A stretch of 64,000 bases of DNA from an uncultured Acidobacteriota bacterium (GTDB lineage Bacteria > Acidobacteriota > Vicinamibacteria > Vicinamibacterales > 2-12-FULL-66-21), in the NCBI GenBank assembly GCA_963820645.1, contig CAWGAS010000023.1, positions 33,795 through 97,794 on the forward strand, written 5' to 3'. Under the pieces are notes generated by a model. It had not been told where the DNA came from and ran no database searches. It saw nothing but the letters and a program-made list of their open reading frames with translations. The number at the start of each line of letters is the position of its first letter. Position 1 is the stretch's first letter. This document shows positions 12,276-22,942 of this stretch, in pieces. The position numbers and the translations under genes are program-made.

Positions 12276-13954
12276 CTACGGGAACGACATGATCTCGTAC
12301 AGCGTCATCGTCTCGTCGCTGGCGAGCAATCGGAGGTGGCGCGCGAAAGGCACGAGCCGGGTGCGGATTTCCTCCGCCCGCGGCCCATACATGTCCCAGT
12401 GGACGCCGACGTAGCGCGCGCGATGTTTCTGCAGCACCGCGAAGGCGTCGTTCGAGGGAAACGAGTCGAGCACGAACGCCGCCTCCCGGAAATCGCCCGG
12501 GATGTGGTCGCTGTAGCCGTTGATGAGCGGCATCCAGTGCGCCGTCGAGAACACCATGTACTGGGCGTGCAGGGGATACGCGATGCGCTCGCCGTAGAAC
12601 GGGAACTCCGCCAGGGGCGCGCGCGGCATCCCGGCGAGCAGCGCGTAGTTGCGCGAGATCGGCATCGCACGCTCCCACGGAAACGGCAGGACGTTGAGCT
12701 CGGCCACGGCCGCGAGCGCGAGGCCGGTTGCCGCGAGGCCGCGCCAGCGCCCGGCCCGCGACAGCAGGCGCCGGAAGGCGATCGCCGACAACACCGCGAG
12801 CACGAAGACGACGACCAGGCCGAACCGCGACGGCGCCCGAAGAAACGTGAACAGCGGGATGGCGCGAAACATCACGGTGTAGAGTCCCGCGGCGGGCCCG
12901 AAGGACGCCCAGAGCGCGACCAGCCCGATCGAGCCGTACATCCACACGGTTTCCCGATCCCGGCGCTCCCCAGCGTGCCGCCCCGCGCGCAGGCCCATCG
13001 CGGCGCCGGCCGCGCCGAAGGCGAGCGCCAGGATGCCGGGGAACATCACCTCGCCGATTCTCCAGCCCAGGCGCCGCGCCAACGCGAGCACGGGACCGTG
13101 CGCGTGCGCCGGCGTCGCCAGATAGCTCGGCCACGTCGCCGAATACCGCCGCGCGTCGTCGAGCGATCGCGAGAAACCCGCGTCGCGCTGCAGCTCCACG
13201 TACGGCAGGAAGAACGGAAGGACGAGGACGAGCGAGACGGCGGCGGCAATCGCGACGGCGCTCCAGTAGCGCGGGGCGCGCCACAGGCCGCGGCTGACGG
13301 CGAGAAACAGCACGCCGTAGCCGACCATCATCCCGGCGAAGATCCCGTAGTAGGCACAGGCCAGCGCCTGCGCCGCCAGCGCGAGGCCGAGCGCGATGCC
13401 CCGGCGCGGCGACGGCGCGTCCGCGAGGCGGTGCAGCGCGAGCAGTGCGATCGGGATGCCGCCCGCCATCAGCAGCTGGATGTGGGGACTGTGGGACAGG
13501 AAATACGGACAGAACGCGAACACGATGGCGGCGACGCCGGCCGCGGCCGAATCGCCGGACAGCCGCCGCGCGAGCAGCCACATGCCCAGGGCCGTGGATG
13601 CGAACGCAAAGAGCAGGGCGGTGTTGTGCGCCGTGAACGGGTTCCGTGTGAGCCACCAGGCTGGCGCGGCCGCCAGCCCCGGCCACGATGTTGGCTTCGG
13701 AAAAGGCCAGCGCGCGGCGATGCGGATAGAAGATGTTGGCGTTATAGAGATTGACCGGGTCGGCGACGATCGTGCGTGCCACCCAGGTGGTGCTCCAGAT
13801 GCTCCACTGGCCGTCCATCGTCGGTGATGCGCCCGAGCCGTCCGAGCCCGGCCGCGAGCGGCCACGTCATGAGGACCGCGATGGCCGCCGCCGCCGCGCA
13901 CGCGCCCGCCATCCGCAGCGCACGCGTCATCGTGGTGTCCGCGCGTGGCTCCAT
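12276..13954 (-). CDS. polytopic membrane protein, possibly a GT-C-type glycosyltransferase (ArnT/PMT-like), frameshifted
   Basis: ORF 12276..14408 supplies about 450 aa with many TM segments and a C-terminal soluble part (...HWMPLINGYSDHIPGDFREAAFVLDSFP...YEIMSFP*). N-terminal pieces MEPRADTTMTRALRMAGACAAAAAIAVLMTWPLAAG (ORF 13742..13981) and QWSIWSTTWVARTIVADPVNLYNANIFYPHRRALAFSEANIVAG (ORF 11206..13818). The functional call rests on fold-level resemblance only. Confidence 0.55.
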
Positions 13955-13955
13955 G

Positions 13956-13974
13956 TAGAATGCGGGACATTCTA
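13956..13974. promoter_or_regulatory. perfect 7-bp inverted repeat TAGAATG-N5-CATTCTA in a divergent promoter region
   Basis: TAGAATGCGGGACATTCTA lies between divergent start codons (13954 minus, 14002 plus). Each arm reads TAGAAT (-10-like) on its own strand. Confidence 0.35.
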
Positions 13975-14001
13975 ACGTCAATTCCCCCGAGCCAAACTGC
14001 T

Positions 14002-16647
14002 ATGTCCCGCCCGATCCTCGTCTGCGCGCTCGTGTGTACGGCCGCGGCCGCGTGGCTGTCGCAGGGGACGATCGCGTTCACGGGCGAAGGAGACGCGCGC
14101 ATCGCGCTGCTGCCGCTTTCCGTCAAGGCCGTGGTTGGCCGTCGCCATCGCGCCGGCGGCCGTCTTTGCGGCCTGGCGCCGCGGCGCATCGCTCGCGCCT
14201 TTATGGCTCCTCGCGCTGCTGGGTCTGCCATGGCTCCCGCCGTCGCTGCCGGCGGCGTTTTTCGTCTGGTCCGGTCCGCTGGCTTGGATCGTGTGGGCGG
14301 CGATCGCGCTCTCGCTCGCGGCGTCGATGCGGCTGCCCGTCCCCGCGATCCGGCGCGGGCCGCTGACGGCGGGCGTCCTCGCCGGGGCAGTCTACGCGGT
14401 CGCCGCATCGCAGATGACGCCGCCGTCCGTGCCGAGCGGCGACGAGCCGCACTACCTGATCATCACCCAGAGCCTCCTGAACGATGGCGATCTGCGGATC
14501 GAGAACAACCATCAGAGCGGCGACTACCGGGCCTACTTCCCGGGGGAGCTGCCGAAGCCGGATTTCCGCCGCCTCGGGCGCGACCGCCAGATCTACTCGA
14601 TTCACGCCCCGGGGCTGCCGGTGCTCGTGGCCCCGGCGTTCGCAATCGCGGGCTACCGCGGCGTGCAGGTGTTTCTGATCCTCCTCGCCGCGGCCGGCTC
14701 GGCGCTCGCGTGGCATCTGTGCCTGGGTCGTGACCCGGCGCGCGGACGCGGCGTGGTTCGGCTGGGCCGCCGTGACCCTCTCGACGAGCAGCATCTTTCA
14801 CAGCTTCATGGTGTACCCGGACGGCCCGGGGGCCGTGATCGCGCTGACCGGCGTCTGGGCGCTCCTGCGCGCGCAACAGGAGGCCGAAAGCGGGGCCGAA
14901 CGAACCGGTCCCTGGTGGCTGCACGGCGCGGCATTGGCCGTGCTGCCGTGGCTGCACACGCGGTTTGCGCTCGTCGCGGGGTGCCTTGGGGCGCTGGTGT
15001 TGCTCCGCCTGGGCGCCACGCGCAATGCCGCGGGAAAGGCGGTCGCGTTCCTGAGCGTGCCGGCGGCCAGCGCGATCGGCTGGATCGGGTTCTTCATCGC
15101 GATTTACGGGACACCAGATCCTCTGGCGCCGTACGCGAACGAGGCGGGATCGATGGCGTTCATCCCGGGCGGCCTCGCCGGGTTGCTCTTCGACCAGCGG
15201 TTCGGCCTGCTCGCCTACGCGCCGGCGCTCGCCTGCGCGTTTGCCGGGCTGGGCGTGATGGTCAGGAATCGCGAGACGCGCCGCGTCGGCCTCGAGCTGC
15301 TGTTCGTCCTCGTCCCGTATCTTCTCGCCGTCACGCATTTCGCGATGTGGTGGGGAGGCCGAAGCGCCCCCGCGCGCTTCTTCGTGCCGATGCTCTTCAC
15401 GCTGGCGATCCCGTCGGCAGCCGCGTGGGCGGCGATGCGCCATCGGGCCACGCGAGCCACGGCGCTCGGCGCGCTGCTCGTGACGGCGTTCGCCTCGTGC
15501 GCGCTGGTGTTCGTCGGCGGCGGCCGTCTGGCCTTCAACGATCGCGACGGCTACGCCGCCTGGCTGGAATGGCTCGGACGCGCAACCGATCTCGCGCGGG
15601 GGCTGCCGGCCTGGTGGCGCGGCAGCGAAGGGACGCTGTTCCGCGACGTCGCGATCTGGGCGTGCGCGATCGCCGCGGCATGGGGCCTCCTGCGTGCCGC
15701 GCAAGGGACGCGATGGCTGCGGACGCGCGGCGCGCTCTGCGCCGCGACGGCGGGCGTCTACGCGGGTGCAGCCATGTGCGCGATCACGTTCGTCTGGACG
15801 CTGTCGGGCGCCGGCGCCGTGAACCCGACAGCCGCCCAGCTCGCCCTGTTGCATCGTCTCGGCGCCGAGCGCCGCGTCCTGACGTTCGAGCTCCCGTCAT
15901 GGCGTCGCCTGGCGTCGGACACGGTGCCGGCCGCGCTCCGCATCGAGCCTCTCCCCTCGACGACCCTCGGCGGCGCCGGGGCCACCGATCGGCCGTTGTA
16001 TCAGGTCCCCTCGATTCCTGCGGGACAGTATCGGCTGCGGCTGCGCAGCTCAGGGGCTTCAGGGTGGCTGATGGTCGGCGTCGGGCGGGACCAGTTCTCG
16101 ATCCGCAGCGGACCGCTGGCCGCTCCGCCGGCCCCGATCCTTCTCGATTTCCCCGTCGACGTCCGCGCCATCGTCGTGCGCGGCGACGAGCAGGCGCGCC
16201 GCATCCATTCGCGGGCTGACCATCGAGCCGATCGCCATCGTGCCGCGCGGCGCGCGCCTGTCCGGCGAGGTGGCGCAGCGCGCGGTGCGCTACGGCACCT
16301 CGACGCTGTACTTTCTGGACGACCGCAGCTTTCCGGAACCGGAAGCTTTCTGGATGGGCGGAGCGCGGAGCTCCTCGATCGTCCTGCAGCCCGACGCGCC
16401 GCGCGCGATCGCGGTGCTGCATCTCCGCAACGCGCCGGTCGCCAATCGCGTCCGGATTCAGGCCGGGAGCTGGCGGGAGGAGCTGCCGCTCGGCCCGGGC
16501 GAAGAACGGCTCGTCCAGCTGCCGCTCGACATTCAGCGCGGCGCGACGCTCGTCACCGTCACGGCCTCGACCGGCTTCCGTCCCTCGGCCGTCGATTCGA
16601 AGAGCCGCGACCATCGCTTCCTGGGGGTGTGGATCAAGGTGGAATAG
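14002..16647 (+). CDS. large polytopic membrane protein (GT-C-like N-terminal region plus C-terminal beta-rich domain), frameshifted
   Basis: Joined from ORFs 13945.., 14135..16219, 14730..16706 and 16240..16647. Motifs GDEPHYLIITQSLLNDGDLRIENNH and IYSIHAPGLPVLVAPAF, more than 10 TM segments, end ...SKSRDHRFLGVWIKVE*. Confidence 0.55.
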
Positions 16648-16654
16648 CGAGTGC

Positions 16655-16761
16655 GAGATCAAAAGATGAACAGGAGATCAGAAGATCAGGAGAATCAGGA
16701 AAATGAGAAAGAAACGCCTGGTCTCCTAATCTCCTGATCTCCTGTGCAAGCTCTTGATCTC
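16655..16761. repeat. word array / long imperfect hairpin (word GGAGATC/GATCTCC)
   Basis: The left arm GAGATCAAAAGATGAACAGGAGATCAGAAGATCAGGAGAATCAGG (about 42% GC by count) matches the reverse complement of the right arm CCTGGTCTCCTAATCTCCTGATCTCCTGTGCAAGCTCTTGATCTC. It fills the gap between the convergent stop codons at 16645-16647 and 16766-16768. Confidence 0.7.
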
Positions 16762-16765
16762 CGAA

Positions 16766-17578
16766 TCAGAACCGCGCGACGCCGCCGAAGTAGAATCCAT
16801 TGAGATTGAGCTCGCCTTCGTCGCCTTTCACTTTGTAGAACACCACGAGCGATCGGTATCCCACCTGGGCGCCGAAGTTGTTCGTGAAATTGACGGTGCC
16901 GTAGAGATCGAAGTCGTAGTACTTGGCGCGGTAGTCTTCGTGGATGCGCTCCGGCAGCTTGATGCCGCCGAACTCGCCGGTGATGGAGATGTTCGGGACG
17001 ACATAGACGCGGCCGATGACGCCGATGGCCGGAATCGGCGCGCGGGCCCTGGCGAACTCCGTGGCGAGGACGTTCCTCAGCTCCGCTTCGACGTCCGTGT
17101 ACTTCGCCTCGAGCACCACGCCGACGAACCCGCGGTCGCGGTAGACGAAGTCCCACTCGTAGCCGAATCGGTACGCCTTCCACTCCAGGTTCGTCTCGAC
17201 GGGGAACGTCACCGGGAACCGGATGCCGTTGAACACGATGTCCGCGGTGAGCGACCCGACGGCCTCGTAGGAGATGGGCGTGTACTCGAAGCGGAACTTG
17301 TGCTTCGTCGCCGGGCGCAGGACGAGCTTGAGCTGCCTGAATCTCGTCTGCTCGATCCCGAGGTCGCTGACGAAATCGATCCGCGATCCGGGGATGCCGG
17401 GCAGCGACTCGCTGGTGATGGCGATGTCGGGCGTCGGGCTCCAGAAGTATCCGCCCACCTCGACGTGGTAGGTCTCGCCTGTGGCCCGATCGGAGGTGCC
17501 GGACTGCGCGCGGGCGGGTGCGGCCGGCAGACCGAAGAGCAGGCAGAGTACGGATATCGTAGCGACACGTGTGCGCAT
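16766..17578 (-). CDS. outer-membrane beta-barrel protein (hypothetical)
   Basis: Intact ORF. Signal peptide MRTRVATISVLCLLFGLPAAPARAQ, alternating beta-strand pattern and C-terminal ...GFYFGGVARF*. Start taken at the Met at 17578; the ORF track extends to 17605. Confidence 0.7.
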   Translation of the reverse strand: MRTRVATISVLCLLFGLPAAPARAQSGTSDRATGETYHVEVGGYFWSPTPDIAITSESLPGIPGSRIDFVSDLGIEQTRFRQLKLVLRPATKHKFRFEYTPISYEAVGSLTADIVFNGIRFPVTFPVETNLEWKAYRFGYEWDFVYRDRGFVGVVLEAKYTDVEAELRNVLATEFARARAPIPAIGVIGRVYVVPNISITGEFGGIKLPERIHEDYRAKYYDFDLYGTVNFTNNFGAQVGYRSLVVFYKVKGDEGELNLNGFYFGGVARF

Positions 17579-17935
17579 TTTTTCTTCTCGCCCCGGATTG
17601 GACAAGGGAACAAACCCTCTTCAGGAGAGGGCCAGGCAGCCTGCTGGGAAAGGCTTGCTCAGAATAGCACAGCCCACTCGGCAATAGGCGCATTCCGGCA
17701 TCCCTCTTGCTGAGGTCGAATAGCCGGGTCGCTCCCACCCCGCGTTTACTGGCTGTTAGCGGCGTTCTTGCACGCACCAGTGCTGGAGATCCAAGATCCC
17801 GGCGGTCGCATCCAGATTTCTGCAGCCGCCCTTGGGAAGCGAGACGATCTCCTGATACCGAGCCGTGCCGGAGTGCTTACCGCGCCGGTAAGACCCTTTC
17901 GCTGAACGTAATCGGTACTTAGAGGGGAACATCGT

Positions 17936-20870
17936 ATGAAATCACGTGTAATGAGCCTGGTGCTGCTGGCGATGCTCGTGGCCACGGCCGCGGCCGCTCA
18001 GCAGGGAACGACGGAAGTGCGCGGCCAGCGTTCTCGATCCGCAGGGGGCCGTCCTGCCCGGCGTGACGGTCACCGTGCGCAATCAGGACAACGGCATGTT
18101 CCGCGAAGCGATCAGCGCCGGCGAGGGCATCTATTTCATCAGCGGCCTCGTGCCGGGCGTGTACGAGATCACCGCCGAGCTGCCAGGGGTTCAAGAAATA
18201 CGCGCGCCAGGACGTGCGGCTCGAGATCGGGAAGACCGCCACGGTGGACGTGCCGCTGCAGGTCGGGTCGGTCGCGGAGACCGTCACGGTGACGGCCGAA
18301 GCGCCGCTCGTCGACGTCACCTCGAAGGAGGTCGGCGGCAACATCGGCACGAACGAGATCATCGAGCTGCCGTCGATCAACCGCAACTTCATCGGGTTCA
18401 TCGGCCTGCTGCCCGGGATCGTCCCGAGCATCAGCACCGAGTCGTTCGGCTCCGACTCGATCAGCGTCAACGGCTCCGACCCGCGGAACAACAACTACCT
18501 GCTCGACGGCGGCAACAACAACGACGACGTCATCGGGCAGCGCGCGGGCACGCAGGCGCGGACCGCGCTCGAGTCGGTGCAGGAGTTCCAGGTCATCACC
18601 AACCAGTTCGACGCGCAGTTCGGCCGGACGACCGGCGCGATCATCAACGCGGTGACCAAGTCGGGCACGAACCGCTTCCGCGGCAGCGCGTTCGCGTTCG
18701 CCCAGGACGCCGCCTGGACCGACGAGGATTACTTCGTCAAGAACTACGCCGACTCGCGGAACCTCAAGAAGCCCGACACCAAGCGCCAGGAGTTCGGCGG
18801 CACGATTGGCGGGCCGATCATCAGGGACCGGATGCACTTCTTCGGCAGCCTCGAGCGCGTGATGATCGATCGCGGCGTCGGCGTCGTCTTCCCGAGCCGC
18901 CCGGACCTGAACTGGAGCCCGACGACGCAGGACCGCGTGTGGAACACGCTGGCGCGCGTGGACAACCAGTTCAGCGCGAACCATACCTGGGGGGTCCGCT
19001 ACCTGCGCGAAGTGTCGCCCCAGCGCAACCAGGCGATCGGCCAGGTCACCCCGGGTGCGATTCGCGAGGAAGACGACAAGGACCAGACGGTCCAGGCCAG
19101 CCTGTCGTCGGTGTTCGGCAACACGAAGCTGAACACGTTCCGCGCCGTCTGGACGCAGGAGGACGTGGCGTTCGCGAACCCGTGCTTCAACACGAACGGC
19201 CGCGACCAGGCCGCGTGCGATCCGACGCTGGCGTTCCAGACGTTCACGGACCAGCAGGCGAACACCGCGCAGGCGCGCGTCAACGACGCCTACCAGCTCG
19301 AGGACACGTTCTCGTGGTTCGTGCCGGGCAAGCGCGGCGACCACGACATCAAGGTCGGCGTCCAGTACCAGTACGTCAAGGCCGACAACTTCGCGCAGGA
19401 CAACCTGAACGGCACGTTCAGCTTCGGCCAGAACAATCTTCCGTTCGACGCCAACAATCCGCGGACGTATCCCGACCGCCTCACGATCCGCGTGCCGGGT
19501 GAGGGGATCGTGCTCCAGAAGGCGCACTACGTCACCGGGTTCGTGCAGGACAAGTGGAAGATTGGCAACCGCCTGACGGCGACGATCGGGCTGCGCTACG
19601 ACGTCGAGGTCATCCCCGTCAAGGAGCTCGACAACCCGAGCTTCTCGGACGTGGACGACTATCCGATCGACAAGAACAACATCCAGCCGCGCGTCGGGTT
19701 CTCGTATGCGCTCGACGATGGCGCACGCTCCGTGCTGCGCGGCGGCTACGGCCGGTTCTACGAGAAGACGCACTTCGAGGTCATCGGCGGGATCTTCAAC
19801 GGCGGCGTGTTCTCCGACTCCTTCACGGTGAACTTCCCGACCGCCAACGCCGACCCCGGCCCGCGCAACGGCCAGCTGCCGACGAACGAGTTCCTGGTCA
19901 ACGGTCCGACGCTGAACCGCGCCCGGCTCGCGGAGCTCTTCCCGGCGGGATCGCGGCTGCGCAACACCGGCAACGTCAGCCTCGACAATCCCGATCGCAT
20001 CATCCCGCGCTCGGACCAGGTGTCGATCGGCTTCGAGCGCCAGATCGGCTCGTCGTTCTCGGCGGGCGCCGACTACGTGCACGTGTGGGGCCGCGAGATG
20101 TTCATGACGCGGGACCTCAACAAGGGCAGCCGCGCGACGACCGTGTCGACCGACCCGATCGTCCGGCCGAATCCGGCCTTCCTCAACGCCGTGAATACGC
20201 CGATCAACACCGGCGAGACGGAGTACGACGCGCTGCTCGCGATGGTCGAGCGGCGCTTCGCCAACAACTTCAGCGTGCGCGCCTCGTACACGCTGTCGCA
20301 CGCGCGCGGCAACACGAGCCGGCGGCGGGCAGGCGGCCGCCAACTTCCAGGTCGGGCAGGATCTCAACCTGGCTCTGAACGAAGGGCCGACGGACTTCGA
20401 TCGCCGTCACAACTTCGTCCTCAGCGGCCGGACGGTCGTGCCGTACACGCACGGCCTGACGTTCAGCTGGGTGGCGCGCGCGCTGAGCGGCCTGCCGTTC
20501 ACGCTGACCAACAACACGATCGACCTGGACCGCAACGGCACGCTGTTCGATCCGATCGCGCCCGGCACGTATACGGGCGCCGGAACGGCCCCTGCGGACA
20601 ATTACACGGTGGAAGACTACGACGGCACGCGCAACGGCGCGCGCGGCCCCGGGTTCTTCCAGCTCGACGCGCGGCTCGGGTACCGCTTCGGCCTCGGCGA
20701 AGGGCGGACGATTGACGTCATGGGCGAGGTCTACAACCTGACCAACCGCGCGAACTTCGCGGTTCCCTCGGGCAATCAGGGCGCGCCGGCGACGTTCCTC
20801 GTGATCAACGCGCTGGGTCGCCGGCGCCCCGCCGCGTACCGCGCAGTTCGGCGTGCGTCTCGGCTTCTAG
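17936..20870 (+). CDS. TonB-dependent receptor with carboxypeptidase-regulatory-like N-domain, frameshifted near both ends
   Basis: Signal peptide MKSRVMSLVLLAMLVATAAAAQQ. CarboxypepD_reg-like GVTVTVRNQDNGMFREAISAGEGIYFISGLVPGVYEITAEL. Plug and barrel in ORF 18214..20715 (833 aa). Tail in ORF 20438.. and, after a shift, QFGVRLGF* (stop 20868-20870). Confidence 0.9.
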
Positions 20871-20891
20871 CGACAGCCGTTTGCTTGTCGC

Positions 20892-20925
20892 AAGGGCGGG
20901 CGCTTCGTGCGCCCGCCCTTTTTTC
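20892..20925 (+). terminator. rho-independent terminator
   Basis: AAGGGCGGGCGC-TTCGT-GCGCCCGCCCTT is a perfect 12-bp stem followed by a T6 run, 22 nt after the receptor stop. Confidence 0.75.
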
Positions 20926-21023
20926 TCGTGGGCCACGCCACTCGCTCGGCTCGACTCGCTCCGCTCGCTCGCGGCCGCACGCTGCAGCCGAGCTGACTTC
21001 CCTGAACGGGCCGCCGCGACGGC

Positions 21024-21032
21024 TGCTATACT
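21024..21032 (+). promoter_or_regulatory. extended -10-like element TGCTATACT
   Basis: TGnTATACT lies 9 nt upstream of the ATG at 21042, with no SD-like sequence in between. Confidence 0.35.
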
Positions 21033-21041
21033 CAACCTCAG

Positions 21042-22815
21042 ATGGGGCCCGCCTTTCGACGTCTTCTTCCCTACGTCCTCCGCTACCGCCGCCAGTTCCT
21101 CCTCGGGCTCGTGTGCGTCGTCCTCTCGTCCACGTTCCAGCTGCTGGGGCCGTGGGTGCTGAAGTTCGCGATCGACGATCTGTCGCGCGCGGTGACGCGG
21201 CAGAAGCTCGCGACCTACGCCGCGCTGATCCTCGGCGTGGCGTCGCGTGCGCGCCGTCTTCCTGTTCCTGATGCGGCGGATCATCATCGGCGCATCGCGT
21301 GACATCGAGTACGACCTCAGGAACGCCTTCTTCGCCCGCCTGCAGCAGATGCCGCTCGGCTACTACCAGGCGCGCCGGACCGGCGACCTGATGTCGCGCG
21401 CGACCAACGACCTCAACGCCGTCCGGACGATGATCGGTCCGGCGATCATGTATTCGGCCAGCACGATCCTGGTGTTTGCCGTGGCCATCATCCTGATGGT
21501 GTCGATCGACGGACGGCTGACCCTCATCGCGCTCCTCCCGCTGCCGCTCGTGTCGATCAGCGTCAAGTACTTCGGCAGCGCGATTCACCGCCGCTTCGAG
21601 GCGATCCAGGCGCAGCTCTCCGACCTGAGCGCGGTCGTCCAGGAAACGCTGTCGGGCGTGCGCGTGGTGCGGGCGTACAATCAGGAGCCGTACGAGGTCA
21701 AGCGCTTCGCCGCCGCGAACGACGAGTACGTCCGCCGCAACCGTGTCCTGATCCGCCTGCAGGGCCTCTTCTATCCGAGCATGACGCTCTTCCTCGGGCT
21801 CGGGTCGCTGCTCGTGCTCTGGGCCGGCAGCCGGGAAGTGATCCGCGGGCGCATCACGCTCGGCGAGTTCGTGGCGTTCAACTCCTACCTCGTCATGCTG
21901 AGCTGGCCGATGATTGCGTTCGGCTGGGTCACCAACATGCTCCAGCGCGGGATGGCCTCGTGGAAGCGGATGCTCGAGATCCTCGACGCGACGCCCGACA
22001 TCAGCGACGCGCACGTCACGCCCGCGGGCCGCTCTGTCGCGATCGCCGGGGCCATCGAGATCCGCGATCTCGTCTTCATCTACCCGGGATCCGACCGACC
22101 GGCGCTCGATGGCATCTCGCTCCGCATCGAACCGGGCCAGACGGTCGCGTTCGTCGGCGCGACCGGGTCCGGCAAGTCCACGCTCGTCAGCCTGCTGCCG
22201 CGCCTGCACGAGCCGCCCCCGGGCACGGTGTTCCTCGACGGCGTCGACGTCCGCGAGATTCCGCTCGCCACGCTGCGCGGCGCGATCGGCGTGGTCCCGC
22301 AGGAGCCGTTCCTGTTCTCGGACGCCATCGCGGAGAACATCGCGTTCGGCGTCCAGGTCCCGGGCGCGGACGGGAACGCCGACCTCGAGCGCCGCGTGCA
22401 GGAAGCGGCCGCCGTGGCGCGTCTCGACAAGGACGTCGGGTCGTTTCCCAACGGATACAAGACGGCGGTCGGCGAGCGCGGCATCACGCTCTCCGGCGGG
22501 CAGAAACAGCGCACCGCCCTCGCGCGCGCGCTGATGGTGGATCCCCGCGTCCTCATCCTGGACGACGCGCTGTCGGCCGTGGATACGTACACGGAAGAGG
22601 AGATCCTGATGCGCCTCGAGGCCGTGATGCGCCAGCGGACGTCCATCATCGTGGCGCACCGGATCTCGACCGTGCGCGGCGCCGATCAGATCTTCGTGCT
22701 CGACCACGGCCGGCTGGCCGAGCGCGGATCGCACGATGCGCTCGTCGCCCACGGCGGTCTGTACGCCACCCTGTACAGGCGGCAACTGCTCGAAGAGGAG
22801 CTGGCGGCAAGCTGA
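21042..22815 (+). CDS. ABC exporter, fused permease/ATPase (MsbA-like), one early frameshift
   Basis: ORF 21042..21302 (MGPAFRRLLPYVLRYRRQFLLGLVCVVLSSTFQLLGPWVLKFAIDDL) joins ORF 21247..22815. Walker A GATGSGKSTL, signature LSGGQKQRTALARAL, Walker B VLILDDALSAVD. Confidence 0.9.
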
Positions 22816-22821
22816 AGCGGA

Positions 22822-22937
22822 CAGCTTGCCAGCTCACCAGCTTCCAGTCAGCCAGTTCGGTCACTGAGAACTGGAACCGAACTGCCAACTGGCAACTGGC
22901 TACTGGCAGCTGGGAAGCTGGCTAAGCTGGCAACTGG
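22822..22937. repeat. word array / imperfect hairpin (CCAGCT/CCAGTT, then AACTGG/AGCTGG)
   Basis: CAGCTTGCCAGCTCACCAGCTTCCAGTCAGCCAGTTCGG ... GAACTGGAACCGAACTGCCAACTGGCAACTGGCTACTGGCAGCTGGGAAGCTGGCTAAGCTGGCAACTGG. It fills the 127-bp spacer between the two co-directional ABC exporter genes. Confidence 0.65.
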
Positions 22938-22942
22938 AGCCC

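Noticed and set aside
17606-17935. A riboswitch (cobalamin, TPP or other) in the 330-bp region upstream of the first TonB-dependent receptor.
   Set aside because: I could not find a B12 box, the TPP CUGAGA/ACCUGA core or other signature motifs. Only a local 7-bp hairpin (CTTACCG-CGC-CGGTAAG near 17876-17892) is visible. An Infernal scan would settle this.
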